From: Candidatus Omnitrophota bacterium
Lineage (GTDB): Bacteria > Omnitrophota > Gorgyraeia > Gygaellales > Profunditerraquicolaceae
Direction of reading: 5' to 3'
Assembly: GCA_035402765.1 (NCBI GenBank)
Contig: DAONDX010000007.1
Span: 14,281-78,280, forward strand
Length of the DNA stretch: 64,000 bases
Shown here: positions 1 to 11,100 of the stretch, piece by piece
Position numbering within the stretch: the first letter of the stretch is position 1
Layout: every line of letters begins with the position of its first letter
Program-made: the position numbers and the translations under genes
The notes under the pieces: generated by a model
Database searches by the model: none
The model's input: the letters and a program-made list of their open reading frames with translations, nothing else
Told to the model about the DNA's origin: nothing

Positions 1-1
1 A

Positions 2-1729
2 ACCCGCAGGCTTGTGGATGTTGCTCAGGAAGTTATTGTCTGCGAAGAAGATTGCGGTACGCTCAACGGTATTACGGTCTCGGCGATCATGGAAGGTGAC
101 GAGGAAGTCGTGGCCTTAAAAGACCGGATTATCGGAAGAGTTGCCCTGGATAACGTCGTGGATATTATTACCGACGAAGTAATTATTGAACAAGGTTGTG
201 AAATAACTGAAGAAAAAACCGATCAAATCGAAAAATTAGGAATCGAGAAAATTCGTATTCGCAGCGTATTAACTTGCGAGAGCGGAAGAGGAGTTTGCGC
301 TAAATGTTATGGCCGCAATCTTTCTACCGGCAGATTAATCGAGTTGGGAGAGGCCGTTGGTGTGGTGGCTGCTCAAAGTATCGGAGAACCCGGTACCCAG
401 TTAACCATGAGAACTTTCCATATTGGTGGTACTGCTTCCAGAACGATTGAGCAGTCATTTATTAAATCTAAAAATGAAGGTTTTATTAAGTTCCATAGTT
501 TGAGAGTTACGCTGAAAAATAAAGAATATGTAGTTTTGAACCGTAACGGAGCGATCAGTATCAATGACGCGCAAGGACGTGAATTTGAGCGTTATTCGCT
601 TCCGCAGGGTGCTTTCATTAGTTTTGCTGACGGCTCGGAAGTTAAAAAAGGAGTTTCTTTAGTCCATTGGGATCCGTATACTTTGCCCGTGCTTACTGAA
701 GTAGCCGGCGGAGTGCGTTTTGAAGATCTGCGTGATAATGTCACGATGCGTGAAGAGGTTAATCCGGTTACGAAATTAACCGAGCGCGTAGTGGTTGAGC
801 ACAAGCCGGAGTATCATCCGCAAGTAGTTATTTTGGATGAGAAAAAAGAAGTTTTAGGAATTTATCCTATTCCGATCGGTGCGCACATTATTGTTAAAGA
901 CGGTGATCAGGTAGGCGGAGGAGATCTCCTGGCAAAAATTCCGCGCAGCGTAGTTAAGACCCGGGATATTACCGGAGGTTTACCGCGCGTAGCTGAACTT
1001 TTCGAGGCCCGCCGTCCGAAGGATCCGGCAGTGATCAGTGAAATTGACGGATTTGTGGAATTTGGCGAAACTAAGAAGAATCAACGCGTGATCATCGTCA
1101 AGTCCGCCACCGGTATGGCCAGAGAATATATTATTCCTCACGGCAAACACCCGAATGTTTATAAGGGTGATAAAGTATCGGCCGGACAGCAGCTTACCGA
1201 CGGTCCGGTGGTCTTACAGGATATTTTAAGTGTTTGCGGCGATAAAGTCCTGCAGGAATACTTGGTCAATGAAGTACAGGAAGTTTATCGTTTGCAGGGC
1301 GTGCGGATTAATGATAAACATATCGAAGTAATTATCCGTCAGATGTTGAAAAAAGTAAGAGTAGAAGATCCGGGTGATACGGAGTTCTTGGCTACGCAGC
1401 AGGTGGATAAATGGGTGTTCCAGAAAGAAAACACCCGGGTGATCAAAAAAGGCGGCAAGCCCGCTCAAGCTACGCCCCTGCTTTTAGGTATTACCAAGGC
1501 TTCCCTTACCACTGAAAGTTTTATTTCCGCAGCTAGTTTCCAGGAGACTACCCGGGTTTTAACGGAAGCTGCCACAAGCGGTAAACGTGATGAATTATTT
1601 GGTTTAAAAGAAAATGTTATCGTCGGGCACTTGATTCCGGCAGGTACCGGATTCCGGGCGCACCGCGATATTGAGGTAGTTAAAGTAGCCGCGCAAGAAA
1701 GCGCAGAAAAGAAAGAAGAAAAGGAATAA
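2..1729 (+). CDS. rpoC: DNA-directed RNA polymerase beta' subunit, C-terminal part (5'-truncated by window edge)
   Basis: Frame open to the window start. The translation TRRLVDVAQEV...GEPGTQLTMRTFHIGG matches the conserved beta' region and ends with a Lys/Glu-rich tail. It is followed by rpsL as in the canonical rpoBC-str arrangement. Confidence 0.9.
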   Translation, partial: TRRLVDVAQEVIVCEEDCGTLNGITVSAIMEGDEEVVALKDRIIGRVALDNVVDIITDEVIIEQGCEITEEKTDQIEKLGIEKIRIRSVLTCESGRGVCAKCYGRNLSTGRLIELGEAVGVVAAQSIGEPGTQLTMRTFHIGGTASRTIEQSFIKSKNEGFIKFHSLRVTLKNKEYVVLNRNGAISINDAQGREFERYSLPQGAFISFADGSEVKKGVSLVHWDPYTLPVLTEVAGGVRFEDLRDNVTMREEVNPVTKLTERVVVEHKPEYHPQVVILDEKKEVLGIYPIPIGAHIIVKDGDQVGGGDLLAKIPRSVVKTRDITGGLPRVAELFEARRPKDPAVISEIDGFVEFGETKKNQRVIIVKSATGMAREYIIPHGKHPNVYKGDKVSAGQQLTDGPVVLQDILSVCGDKVLQEYLVNEVQEVYRLQGVRINDKHIEVIIRQMLKKVRVEDPGDTEFLATQQVDKWVFQKENTRVIKKGGKPAQATPLLLGITKASLTTESFISAASFQETTRVLTEAATSGKRDELFGLKENVIVGHLIPAGTGFRAHRDIEVVKVAAQESAEKKEEKE

Positions 1730-1732
1730 CTT

Positions 1733-2113
1733 ATGCCCACAATTGCTCAGTTAATCAGATTCGGTAGGATTTCTAAGAAGAAAAAAAGTAAGTCTCCGGC
1801 TTTAAAGGCTTGCCCTCAGAGAAGAGGAGTATGTATTCAGGTGCGTACCATGACACCTAAAAAACCAAACTCAGCCTTGAGAAAGATTGCCAGGGTCAGG
1901 TTGACTACCGGTTTGGAAGTCACGGCTTATATCCCCGGAGAAGGGCATAATCTTCAGGAACACTCGATCGTTTTAGTCAGAGGCGGTAGAGTCAAGGATT
2001 TACCTGGTGTGCGTTATCATATTGTAAGAGGCTCATTAGATGCTTCCGGAGTTAATGCCCGCAGAAGAGGTCGTTCTAAATACGGAGCTAAGAGACCAAA
2101 GGAAGGGAAATAA
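1733..2113 (+). CDS. rpsL: 30S ribosomal protein S12
   Basis: MPTIAQLIR...[10 protein letters not shown] is the hallmark S12 sequence, 126 aa. Confidence 0.95.
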   Translation: MPTIAQLIRFGRISKKKKSKSPALKACPQRRGVCIQVRTMTPKKPNSALRKIARVRLTTGLEVTAYIPGEGHNLQEHSIVLVRGGRVKDLPGVRYHIVRGSLDASGVNARRRGRSKYGAKRPKEGK

Positions 2114-2118
2114 CCAAG

Positions 2119-2589
2119 ATGAGAAGAAGAAAAGCGCAGGAAAAAGTAATTTTAGCGGACCCTAAATATAATAGCAAAATAATCGCTAAATTCATGAATA
2201 TGGTGATGTACGATGGTAAAAAAGCGGTTGCGGAAAAACTGGTTTATAGCGCTTTTGATATTGTGTTAAAGAACCTTAATGAGCAGGACATCTTAAAAGT
2301 ATTTTATAAAGCATTAGATAATGCCCGTCCGCGCCTGGAAGTTAAACCGCGCAGAGTAGGCGGAGCTACTTATCAGGTACCGATTGAAGTCAGGCAGGAA
2401 CGGGGTACTTCTATAGCTCTGCGTTGGATCAGGGATTTTGCCCAGAATAGAAAAGGTAAACCCATGCAGGAAAAACTGGCTGATGAAATTATCGCCGCCT
2501 ACAAGGGTGAAGGATCAGCAATAAAAAAGAGAGATGATACGCATAAAATGGCTGAATCTAATAAGGCCTATGCGCATTTCCGTTGGTAA
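2119..2589 (+). CDS. rpsG: 30S ribosomal protein S7
   Basis: 156 aa with S7 motifs (KFMNMVMYDGKK...). Sits in the str operon between rpsL and fusA. Confidence 0.95.
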   Translation: MRRRKAQEKVILADPKYNSKIIAKFMNMVMYDGKKAVAEKLVYSAFDIVLKNLNEQDILKVFYKALDNARPRLEVKPRRVGGATYQVPIEVRQERGTSIALRWIRDFAQNRKGKPMQEKLADEIIAAYKGEGSAIKKRDDTHKMAESNKAYAHFRW

Positions 2590-2592
2590 ACT

Positions 2593-4689
2593 ATGAGAAA
2601 GATACCTTTAGATAAAATTAGGAATATCGGAATAATTGCTCACATTGACGCTGGTAAAACAACCACCAGCGAGAGGATATTATTCTATACCGGTAAGAAT
2701 TATAAAATTGGCGAGGTGCATGAGGGTGCCGCGACCATGGATTGGATGGTTCAGGAGCAGGAAAGAGGTATTACGATTACTTCCGCGGCTACTACTTGTA
2801 AGTGGAAAGATGTTACCATCAATCTAATTGATACTCCAGGCCACGTTGATTTTACCATTGAGGTCGAACGTTCATTAAAGGTTTTGGATGGAGCAGTGGT
2901 AGTTTTCTGCAGCGTCGGCGGAGTTCAACCGCAGTCAGAAACCGTATGGCGTCAGGCTGACCGTTATAAAGTGCCGCGCGTAGCCTTTGTGAATAAAATG
3001 GACCGTACCGGTGCGGAATTTTTCAGGGTAGTAGCCCAAATGCATGAAAGGCTGGGGGCTAACGTTGCTCCGATCCAGATGCCGGTAGGCAAAGAAGCTA
3101 ATTTTAGCGGCGTAATAGATTTAGTGGAAAAAAAGTTTATTTATTATAAAGATGAATTAGGGAAAGAATTTGAATTGAAGGATGTCCCCGAAGATATGTT
3201 GGCGGATTTCGACAAATATCGCCTGAATTTGGTAGAAAAAGTTGCCGAAGCTGATGATCCGATCATGGAAGATTATCTGGCGGGTAAGCCGGTAACTAAT
3301 GAACAATTAAAGGCCGGTATCCGCCGGGGTTGTATTGCCAATAAATTTGTTCCAGTATTATGCGGGACCTCCTTTAAGAATAAGGGTGTGCAGCCGCTTT
3401 TAGATGCGGTTAAAGATTATTTGCCTTCTCCGCTTGATGTGCCGCCGGTTAAGGGCACTAATCCGGATACCGGTGAGTTTGAAGAGGTAATTGCAGATGA
3501 TAAATCTCCTTTTACCGCTTTATGCTTTAAAGTAGCATCCGATCCTTTTGTCGGTAAAATTTATTTTACCCGTATGTATTCCGGTACCCTTACTTCCGGA
3601 ATATATATATATAATGCTACTAAACGTATTAGAGAGCGGGTAACTAAAATTGTTAAAATGCATGCTAACCATCAAGAAGTAACCGAGAGTATTTCTACAG
3701 GCGATATCGCAGCCCTGGTAGGATTAAAGGATACTAAAACTGGCGATACTTTATGCACAGAAAAAAATCCTATTCTTATTGAAGCCATGCGTTTTCCGGA
3801 ACCGGTTATTCAACAGGCTATTGAACCTAAGTCCAAAGATGCTCAAGAAAAATTGGGCATGGCTATGCATAAATTAGAAGATGAAGATCCGTCATTCCGG
3901 GTCACTTATAATCAGGAAACCGGTCAGACCTTGATTGCCGGAATGGGGCAGTTGCATTTGGAAATTATCGTTGATAGAATTTTACGTGAATTTAATGTTG
4001 AAGCTACGGTGGGTGCTCCGCAGGTTGCCTACCGGGAGACGATTAGAAAAAGCGTTAACAGTGTCGGAAAATTTATTTCGCAATCCGGCGGACGCGGGCA
4101 ATATGGCCATTGCGTGATTGAAATGAGCCCGCAGGAAACCCCGGGTACCGGAATTACTTTTGAAGATAAAATTAAAAGCGGCGCTATTCCGCGTGAATTT
4201 ATTCCCGCGGTAAAACAAGGCGTTATCGGCGCGGCCAAAAACGGCGTGCTTGCCGGTTATCCGGTTACCGACGTAAAAGTGGTTTTGGTCGACGGTTCAT
4301 TTCATGAAGTTGACTCTTCGGAACTTGCTTTTAAAATGGCCGGTTCTATTGCTTTTCAAGACGGAATGAAAAAAGCGCATCCGGTTTTATTAGAACCAAT
4401 TATGGATATTGAAGTAATTGTTCCGGAAGAGTTTATGGGACAAATTATCGGAGACTTAAGTTCTCGTCGAGCAAAAATAGTGGCGTTGGGTCAGGTACAG
4501 AATTTGCGTAGCATCCGGGCGAACGTTCCGCTCTCAGAAGTTTTTAATTATGCAACTGTAATAAGATCCTTGACACAAGGCCGCGCTTCGTATACAATGG
4601 AACCTTCCTTCTACAGCGAAGTTCCTGCGCATGTAGCGGAAAAAGTAGTTTCAGGATCGGTAAATACAAACGCAAGAAAAACTTTTTAA
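2593..4689 (+). CDS. fusA: elongation factor G
   Basis: 698 aa with the [10 protein letters not shown]-domain and full EF-G domain architecture. Located in the str operon. Confidence 0.95.
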   Translation: MRKIPLDKIRNIGIIAHIDAGKTTTSERILFYTGKNYKIGEVHEGAATMDWMVQEQERGITITSAATTCKWKDVTINLIDTPGHVDFTIEVERSLKVLDGAVVVFCSVGGVQPQSETVWRQADRYKVPRVAFVNKMDRTGAEFFRVVAQMHERLGANVAPIQMPVGKEANFSGVIDLVEKKFIYYKDELGKEFELKDVPEDMLADFDKYRLNLVEKVAEADDPIMEDYLAGKPVTNEQLKAGIRRGCIANKFVPVLCGTSFKNKGVQPLLDAVKDYLPSPLDVPPVKGTNPDTGEFEEVIADDKSPFTALCFKVASDPFVGKIYFTRMYSGTLTSGIYIYNATKRIRERVTKIVKMHANHQEVTESISTGDIAALVGLKDTKTGDTLCTEKNPILIEAMRFPEPVIQQAIEPKSKDAQEKLGMAMHKLEDEDPSFRVTYNQETGQTLIAGMGQLHLEIIVDRILREFNVEATVGAPQVAYRETIRKSVNSVGKFISQSGGRGQYGHCVIEMSPQETPGTGITFEDKIKSGAIPREFIPAVKQGVIGAAKNGVLAGYPVTDVKVVLVDGSFHEVDSSELAFKMAGSIAFQDGMKKAHPVLLEPIMDIEVIVPEEFMGQIIGDLSSRRAKIVALGQVQNLRSIRANVPLSEVFNYATVIRSLTQGRASYTMEPSFYSEVPAHVAEKVVSGSVNTNARKTF

Positions 4690-4710
4690 AAAAACAGGAG
4701 GATAAAAGAA

Positions 4711-5913
4711 ATGGCTAAAGAGAAATTTGTAAGAAGTAAACCGCACGTAAACATCGGAACCATCGGGCATATCGATCATGGTAAAACTACGCTTACGGCT
4801 GCCATTTGTAATGTTTTATCAAAACTCGGAAAAGCTACTGCCAGAGATTATGCGGATATCGCTAAAGGCGGTACGGTTAGAGACGAGACAAAAGTAGTTA
4901 CGATTTCGGTTGCGCACGTTGAATATGAAACAGATACGCGTCATTATGCTCATATAGATTGCCCAGGCCATGCTGATTATATTAAAAACATGATTACCGG
5001 AGCCGCTCAGATGGATGGAGCGATCCTGGTAGTTTCGGCTGCCGACGGCCCCATGCCTCAGACCAGAGAGCACATTCTCTTGGCGCGCCAGGTTAATGTT
5101 CCCAGCATGGTTGTATTTATGAATAAATGTGATTTAGTTGATGATAAAGAACTTCTGGATTTGGTTGAGATGGAAATCAGGGATCTTTTAACTAAATACG
5201 GTTTCCCCGGAGATAAAACACCGATTATCCGCGGTAGCGCTAACAAGGCTTATGCCGCCACTGATCCAAATGGCGCGGATGCCAAGTGTATTATGGATTT
5301 AATGAAAGCGGTCGATGAGTTTATTCCCTTACCGGCCAGAGAGTTAGACAAACCCTTACTGATGGCGGTTGAAGATGTTTTCAGTATTGAAGGTAGAGGA
5401 ACTGTGGCTACCGGAAGAATTGAACGCGGTAAGGTAAAAGTCGGTGAAGAAGTCGAGATTATCGGTTTAAGACCGGAACCCCAGAAATCCGTAGTTACCG
5501 GAATTGAAATGTTCCGCAAACTGCTGGATGAAGGCCAGGCTGGTGATAATGTCGGGCTTCTGTTAAGAGGTATTGAAAAGAACAATATCGAGCGTGGAAT
5601 GGTTGTAGCGGCGCCTAAGTCCATTCATCCGCATACAAAATTTAAGGCTCAAGTATACATCTTGACCAAAGAAGAAGGCGGAAGACATACCCCGTTCTTC
5701 AAAGGTTACCGTCCGCAGTTTTATTTCCGGACTACCGATGTTACCGGAGCGGCTACTTTACCCACCGGCGTAGAAATGGTTATGCCCGGGGATAATGTGA
5801 ATTTGGAAGTTGAGTTGATTACACCGATTGCTATCGAGAAAGAATCTCGTTTTGCTATTCGTGAAGGCGGCCATACCGTAGGTGCGGGAGTTGTTACCGA
5901 GGTGATTGCATAA
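4711..5913 (+). CDS. tuf: elongation factor Tu
   Basis: 400 aa with [21 protein letters not shown] and NKCD motifs. A GGAGG SD lies upstream. Confidence 0.97.
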   Translation: MAKEKFVRSKPHVNIGTIGHIDHGKTTLTAAICNVLSKLGKATARDYADIAKGGTVRDETKVVTISVAHVEYETDTRHYAHIDCPGHADYIKNMITGAAQMDGAILVVSAADGPMPQTREHILLARQVNVPSMVVFMNKCDLVDDKELLDLVEMEIRDLLTKYGFPGDKTPIIRGSANKAYAATDPNGADAKCIMDLMKAVDEFIPLPARELDKPLLMAVEDVFSIEGRGTVATGRIERGKVKVGEEVEIIGLRPEPQKSVVTGIEMFRKLLDEGQAGDNVGLLLRGIEKNNIERGMVVAAPKSIHPHTKFKAQVYILTKEEGGRHTPFFKGYRPQFYFRTTDVTGAATLPTGVEMVMPGDNVNLEVELITPIAIEKESRFAIREGGHTVGAGVVTEVIA

Positions 5914-5916
5914 TAC

Positions 5917-6222
5917 ATGAATACGCAAAAGATTCGCATTAAATTAAAAGCCTATGATCACCGTTTATTGGATCAGGCAGTAATTGAAATTGTGGATACG
6001 GTTAAGCGTACCGGGGCCAAGATTTCCGGCCCCGTACCGCTTCCCACAAAAAGGGAAATTTACACAGTATTACGTTCACCGCATGTTGATAAAAAATCGC
6101 GGGAACAGTTTGATTTATCTACCCATAAGCGCCTTATTGACATCTTTGAACCCACAGCTAAGACCATCGATTCATTAAGGAAATTAAACCTGCCTGCAGG
6201 AGTGGACGTAGAGATCAAGTAA
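5917..6222 (+). CDS. rpsJ: 30S ribosomal protein S10
   Basis: 101 aa; [16 protein letters not shown] is the typical S10 N-terminus. Confidence 0.95.
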   Translation: MNTQKIRIKLKAYDHRLLDQAVIEIVDTVKRTGAKISGPVPLPTKREIYTVLRSPHVDKKSREQFDLSTHKRLIDIFEPTAKTIDSLRKLNLPAGVDVEIK

Positions 6223-6315
6223 CAAACTAACCCATTCGACGTACTCATCGTAGCCCAGATTGCTTTAGGGTTGATACTGAGCGGAAGTCGAATGTGTCAA
6301 AAACGGATAAATTAA

Positions 6316-6951
6316 ATGATTGGATTGATTGGAAAAAAAATTGGAATGACTCAAATTTTCACGGCGGATAACAGCCTGGTGGGAGTTACGGCTATTGAAG
6401 CCGGACCTTGTCCGGTTTTGATGGTCATGGATAAGAATGTCCAGCTGGGATTTGATCCGATAAAAGAGAAGAATCTGAAAAAAGCGCAGCTTGGTCTTTA
6501 TAAGAAATTAAAGATTGCTCCCCGCAGGGTGATCAAAGATCTTTCCCGCGAAGCTAATGTCGAATATAAGGTCGGGGATGAACTTAAGGTCGATCTTTTT
6601 ACCGAAGGTGAATATGTAGATGTAAGCGGAACTTCTATCGGAAAAGGGTTTGCCGGCGGTATGAAGCGTTGGCATTGGAAAGGCGGGCCTGCTTCGCACG
6701 GTTCAACTTCGCATCGTAGAGTTGGTTCCGTAGGTTCCAGCACTACACCCGGAAGAGTTTTTAAGGGGCATCATATGCCGGGACATATGGGTGCGCAAAA
6801 AGTAACTGTGCAGAATTTGAAAATTATTAAGGTGGATTTAGCTAAGAATCTTTTATTAGTGGAAGGCGCGGTTCCCGGGCATAAAAACGGATATTTAGTA
6901 ATTACTAAGGCTCTTAAGAAGAGAGCTAAGAAAGCAACGGTTAAGAAATAA
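6316..6951 (+). CDS. rplC: 50S ribosomal protein L3
   Basis: MIGLIGKKIGMTQIF is the L3 N-terminus, 211 aa. Confidence 0.95.
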   Translation: MIGLIGKKIGMTQIFTADNSLVGVTAIEAGPCPVLMVMDKNVQLGFDPIKEKNLKKAQLGLYKKLKIAPRRVIKDLSREANVEYKVGDELKVDLFTEGEYVDVSGTSIGKGFAGGMKRWHWKGGPASHGSTSHRRVGSVGSSTTPGRVFKGHHMPGHMGAQKVTVQNLKIIKVDLAKNLLLVEGAVPGHKNGYLVITKALKKRAKKATVKK

Positions 6952-6952
6952 T

Positions 6953-7600
6953 ATGTTTACTTTACCTATATTTAATAACGAAGGCAAAGAAGTTGATACA
7001 ATCAAACTTAACGCTAGCGTTTTTGATGGCAGCCAGAATTTAGACTGTCTTCATCAAGCGATTTCAGGTTATCAGGCCAATCAACGCAAGGGGTTAGCGG
7101 CGACTAAAACCCGGGGAGAGGTCTCCGGAGGCGGTAGAAAACCCTGGAAACAGAAGGGTACCGGACGTGCCCGCGTAGGTTCTACGCGTTCCCCGCTTTG
7201 GAGACACGGCGGCGTAGTTTTTGGCCCCCATCCGCGCGATTTTTCTTATGAGATCCCTCAGAAGATTAAAGCCCAGGCTTTAAAAACCAGTTTAAATATT
7301 AAATTGAATGAAAATAATTTTATGGTTTTGGATGAATTCAAAATCCAGGAACCTAAAACTAAACAGGCGCAGGGAGTATTTGCTAACCTGAAATTATTTT
7401 CAAGCAAAGATAAAAAAGCCAAAAAGATTTTATTCCTGACCCATAAAATAGATACGCAATTAAAAAGAGCCTTAAAGAATATCAGCTTCTTAACCGTGGA
7501 TTTAGCTTCTGACTGCCACGCTTATGAGGTAATGAATAATCAAAAACTATTGATTACTAAAGCCGGATTGGCTGATCTTACAGAGAGGTTAAAATCATGA
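6953..7600 (+). CDS. rplD: 50S ribosomal protein L4
   Basis: 215 aa in the L4 position with the KQKGTGRAR motif. Confidence 0.93.
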   Translation: MFTLPIFNNEGKEVDTIKLNASVFDGSQNLDCLHQAISGYQANQRKGLAATKTRGEVSGGGRKPWKQKGTGRARVGSTRSPLWRHGGVVFGPHPRDFSYEIPQKIKAQALKTSLNIKLNENNFMVLDEFKIQEPKTKQAQGVFANLKLFSSKDKKAKKILFLTHKIDTQLKRALKNISFLTVDLASDCHAYEVMNNQKLLITKAGLADLTERLKS

Positions 7601-7875
7601 GCCAGATTCCTTTAGTGATAAAAGCTTTATTGCAAACAGAAAAATCCAGTACTTATTTACCGACAAGTAAATACCTTTTTTTGGTGAATAATGAAGCTAA
7701 CAAAATCCAAATTAAACGGGCAGTGGAACAAGCCTATAAAGTTAAAGTTAAAACCGTGAATACTTTTATTTCCAGAGGTAAGCTCAAAAGGGTAAGGCAT
7801 CAATTGGGCCGTACCGTTGATACTAAAAAGGCTGTGGTTACTTTAGCCGCCGGCCAGAAGATAGAGGTAGCTTAA
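7597..7875 (+). CDS. rplW: 50S ribosomal protein L23
   Basis: 92 aa in the L23 position with an ATGA overlap onto rplD. Confidence 0.9.
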   Translation: MSQIPLVIKALLQTEKSSTYLPTSKYLFLVNNEANKIQIKRAVEQAYKVKVKTVNTFISRGKLKRVRHQLGRTVDTKKAVVTLAAGQKIEVA

Positions 7876-7876
7876 G

Positions 7877-8713
7877 ATGGGCATAATTAAATTTAAACCA
7901 ACAACACCTAGCCGTAGACATATGAGCGGCCCGGATTTTAAGGAACTTACTAAACATAAACCGGAGCGTTCACTGCTGCTTCCTTTAAAGAAAACCGGCG
8001 GGAGAAATGCTTATGGCAGGATCACTACCCGGCATATCGGCGGCGGTCATAAACGCATGCTTCGGATTATCGATTTTAAACGTGATATTTATGATCAGCC
8101 GGCAAAGGTTATCGCTATCGAATATGACCCCAACCGGTCCGCCAGGATCGCTTTGTTGGAGTATCCGACTAAAGAGAAGCGTTATATTATTGCTCCGCTA
8201 GGCCTTAATGTTGGGGATATGATTATTTCCAGCAATCAAAAAGAAATCGAGATTAAACAAGGCAATTGCCTTCCTTTGCGTAATATTCCTTCCGGTACTC
8301 TTATCCATAATATCGAATTATCTGTAGGTAAAGGCGGACAGATCGTCCGTAGCGCAGGAACGAGCGCTCAGATTATGGCTAAAGAAGGTGATTTAGCGCA
8401 TGTGCGATTACCCTCCGGAGAAGTGAGATTAGTCAGTTTAGATTGCCATGCTACTATAGGCCAGATCGGTAATGTTGATCATGATGCGATTGTTTTAGGA
8501 AAAGCTGGGAAAAGCCGTTGGTTAGGCATTAAACCATCTGTGCGCGGGGTAGTAATGAATCCTTTTGACCATCCGCACGGCGGCGGTGAAGGTAAAAGCG
8601 GGCAGGGTAATCCGCATCCGGTTACGCCTTGGGGCAAGCCGACTAAAGGATATCGCACCAGAAACCGTAAAAAGTACTCAAATAAGTTTATCGTTAAAAG
8701 AAGGAAACCATAA
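7877..8713 (+). CDS. rplB: 50S ribosomal protein L2
   Basis: 278 aa with [15 protein letters not shown] and the GGGEGK..GQG C-terminal motifs. Confidence 0.96.
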   Translation: MGIIKFKPTTPSRRHMSGPDFKELTKHKPERSLLLPLKKTGGRNAYGRITTRHIGGGHKRMLRIIDFKRDIYDQPAKVIAIEYDPNRSARIALLEYPTKEKRYIIAPLGLNVGDMIISSNQKEIEIKQGNCLPLRNIPSGTLIHNIELSVGKGGQIVRSAGTSAQIMAKEGDLAHVRLPSGEVRLVSLDCHATIGQIGNVDHDAIVLGKAGKSRWLGIKPSVRGVVMNPFDHPHGGGEGKSGQGNPHPVTPWGKPTKGYRTRNRKKYSNKFIVKRRKP

Positions 8714-8715
8714 CT

Positions 8716-9003
8716 ATGCCGCGTTCACTGAAAAAAGGTCCATACGTAGAAGAAAGTTTATTGAAGAAGATCCAAAAGCAAACTAAAGCCGGATTACGCC
8801 AGGCCATTAAAACCTGGAGCCGCCGTTCCACGATTATCCCGGATTTTGTGGGTTTAACTTTTGCGGTGCATGACGGTAAAAAACATGTTCCGGTTTTTGT
8901 TACGGAGAATATGGTCGGGCATAAGTTAGGAGAATTCGCTCCTTCCCGGATTTTCAGGAAACACGGCGGTATTAAGGCTAAGAAGGGTTTGGAGAAAACA
9001 TAA
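8716..9003 (+). CDS. rpsS: 30S ribosomal protein S19
   Basis: [11 protein letters not shown]...[11 protein letters not shown], 95 aa. Confidence 0.96.
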   Translation: MPRSLKKGPYVEESLLKKIQKQTKAGLRQAIKTWSRRSTIIPDFVGLTFAVHDGKKHVPVFVTENMVGHKLGEFAPSRIFRKHGGIKAKKGLEKT

Positions 9004-9004
9004 A

Positions 9005-9337
9005 ATGATAGCTCGCGCTGAAGGAAAATTTTTAAGGATTTCACCAAGCAAGGTGCGTTTAGTATTGGATCTTATCCGCGGTAAAGATGCGCTAGTTGCT
9101 CAAAGCATCTTATTGCATCTAAATAAGAGGCCGAAAGAGTACTTGATTAAAATATTAAAATCCGCGATTGCTAATGCTAAAGTTAAAGGCTTTGCTGCGG
9201 ATAAATTGTATGTTTCCAAGGCACTTTGTAATCCCGGCCCGATGTGGAAAAGATTTAAAGCCGCTGCTTTCGGACGGGCAGCATCGATTGTTAAGCGTAC
9301 GGTACATATTAAGATAGAGTTGGATTTAAAAGCATAA
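9005..9337 (+). CDS. rplV: 50S ribosomal protein L22
   Basis: 110 aa in the L22 position (ARAEGKFLRISPSKVRLV). Confidence 0.93.
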   Translation: MIARAEGKFLRISPSKVRLVLDLIRGKDALVAQSILLHLNKRPKEYLIKILKSAIANAKVKGFAADKLYVSKALCNPGPMWKRFKAAAFGRAASIVKRTVHIKIELDLKA

Positions 9338-9390
9338 AGTAATGTTTCCCCGGGCGCTAAGAGGCTGGGGAAAAATGAGGAGAATAATTC

Positions 9391-10116
9391 ATGGGTCATA
9401 AGGTAAGTCCTTTATTATTAAGGATTGGTTTTATTAGACAGTGGCACTCGCGTTGGTTTGCTAAGCCGAAAGATTTCGCGCTTTTTATACAGCAGGATTT
9501 TAAGATCAGGAAATTTATTAAAAGTAAATTTAAGCAAGCCGCGATTTCTAAGATCGTGATCGAACGTTTAGCGGAAAAAATTAAGGTCCGTATATTTTCG
9601 GCCCGTCCGGGAATTATTATCGGCCGTCACGGTTCAGATATCGAACGCCTGCGTTCGGATTTGAACGGTTTGGTTAAGAACGAGATTTCTATCGATATTC
9701 AGGAGGTGAATAATCCTACCTGGGATGCGCAATTGGTGGCGGAAAATATCGCTTTGCAGCAGGAAAAGAGAATTGCTTTTCGCCGCGCGGTAAAAAGAGC
9801 AATGGAGCAATCAATGCAATCCGGGGTAAAAGGTATCCGGGTCAGCTGTTCCGGCCGTCTTAATGGCGCGGAAATGGGGCGTAAAGAAACATATAAGATG
9901 GGGAGCGTTCCTTTGCAAACTTTACGTGCAGATATTGATTATGGTTTTGCCGAAGCCCTGACTACTTATGGTTTAATCGGAGTTAAGGTTTGGATCTATA
10001 AGGGTGATATCCTAGGAAAACAATTTATTCAGGAAGATATTAAGCCTGTTCAACAGCAGCAGGGTTCCAGAGAAACAGCTCGGCCGGCACGGCCGCATCA
10101 AGACGCTCCGCGCTAA
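9391..10116 (+). CDS. rpsC: 30S ribosomal protein S3
   Basis: MGHKVSPLLLRIGFIRQWHSRWFA is the S3 N-terminus (KH domain), 241 aa with an R/Q-rich tail. Confidence 0.95.
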   Translation: MGHKVSPLLLRIGFIRQWHSRWFAKPKDFALFIQQDFKIRKFIKSKFKQAAISKIVIERLAEKIKVRIFSARPGIIIGRHGSDIERLRSDLNGLVKNEISIDIQEVNNPTWDAQLVAENIALQQEKRIAFRRAVKRAMEQSMQSGVKGIRVSCSGRLNGAEMGRKETYKMGSVPLQTLRADIDYGFAEALTTYGLIGVKVWIYKGDILGKQFIQEDIKPVQQQQGSRETARPARPHQDAPR

Positions 10117-10207
10117 TTGGAATTGCGCGCGTGTTGGTTAGGTAGACAAGACACCCAACGCCAAGCGGAATTGCGTTGGTGTTGTTTAGGTAGACAAGGA
10201 GTATATA
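10117..10207 (+). repeat. repeat family A copy 1: structured 5' leader element upstream of rplP
   Basis: GACAAG-ACACCCAACGC-loop-GCGTTGGTGT-..-GACAAGGAG-ATG. An internal tandem duplication of a ~31-nt unit (ggaattgcg...ttaggtagacaag) is present. Confidence 0.6.
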
Positions 10208-10624
10208 ATGGCTTTAATGCCTAAAAGGGTTAAATATCGTAAGTTACAAAAAGGTCAACGGCGGGGTATAGCGACTACCGGAGCAACCGTTGCTTTCGGT
10301 GAATTTGGTTTAAAATCTTTAGACAACGGTTGGATTAAAAATACGCAAATTGAAGCGGTACGCGTTATTTTAGCCCGCCAGCTGCATAAAGGCGGAAAGC
10401 TATGGATCAGGATTTTTCCGGATAAATCAATAACCAAGAAACCGGCTGAAGTACGTATGGGAAAAGGTAAGGGTGATTTGGATCACTGGGTATGCGTAGT
10501 TAAAAGAGGACGGGTGCTTTTTGAATTAGGAGGAGTTCCCGTGGAATACGCCAAGGCTTGTTTTCGTCTGGCTGCTTACAAAATACCCCTGCGTACTAAA
10601 TTCGTAACCAGGATACATAAATAA
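10208..10624 (+). CDS. rplP: 50S ribosomal protein L16
   Basis: [21 protein letters not shown], 138 aa. Preceded by an unusual 91-nt structured spacer (repeat family A). Confidence 0.95.
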   Translation: MALMPKRVKYRKLQKGQRRGIATTGATVAFGEFGLKSLDNGWIKNTQIEAVRVILARQLHKGGKLWIRIFPDKSITKKPAEVRMGKGKGDLDHWVCVVKRGRVLFELGGVPVEYAKACFRLAAYKIPLRTKFVTRIHK

Positions 10625-10625
10625 T

Positions 10626-10817
10626 ATGAAACCAAAAGAGTTAAGAAGTTTATCGAAAGATGAGTTAACAGAGAAAGAAAAAGGCTTGTATGCTGAATTA
10701 GCTAAATTAAACACGCAGCGTTATACAGGCAGGGTAGAAAAGCCGCATAAGTTTGCACTGGTCAAGAAAGATATTGCGCGTATCAGGACAATCTTAAACG
10801 ATAAGAAAGATAAATAA
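10626..10817 (+). CDS. rpmC: 50S ribosomal protein L29
   Basis: 63 aa; KELRSLSKDELTEKEKGLYAELAKL fits L29. Confidence 0.9.
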   Translation: MKPKELRSLSKDELTEKEKGLYAELAKLNTQRYTGRVEKPHKFALVKKDIARIRTILNDKKDK

Positions 10818-10818
10818 G

Positions 10819-11100
10819 ATGGGAAAACAGAAAGAATTTACCGGAATAGTGATTGGCGATAAAATGCAGAAAACCGTAGTGGTCAGAACGATGCATTTAA
10901 CCCGGCATGTTAAGTATGCCAAGACCGTTAAGCTTTATAATAAATTCAAGGCACATGACGAAAAAGGTATTGCTAAGCTGGGGGATACGGTTAGCATTAT
11001 GGAAACACGTCCTTTATCCAAAGATAAACGTTTTATTGTTAAAAAAGTATTAAAGAAAGCTGAAAACGCGCAGGTAGTTCTACCTGAGGAGATTGTATAA
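10819..11100 (+). CDS. rpsQ: 30S ribosomal protein S17
   Basis: 93 aa; FTGIVIGDKMQKTVVV is S17-like. Confidence 0.93.
   Translation: MGKQKEFTGIVIGDKMQKTVVVRTMHLTRHVKYAKTVKLYNKFKAHDEKGIAKLGDTVSIMETRPLSKDKRFIVKKVLKKAENAQVVLPEEIV

Noticed and set aside
373-1740. Minus-strand ORFs (63-117 aa) embedded opposite rpoC, fusA, tuf, rplB and others, plus many similar ones throughout the track
   Set aside because: They lie antisense within highly conserved genes, have no SD, and their products are low-complexity. They are typical shadow ORFs.
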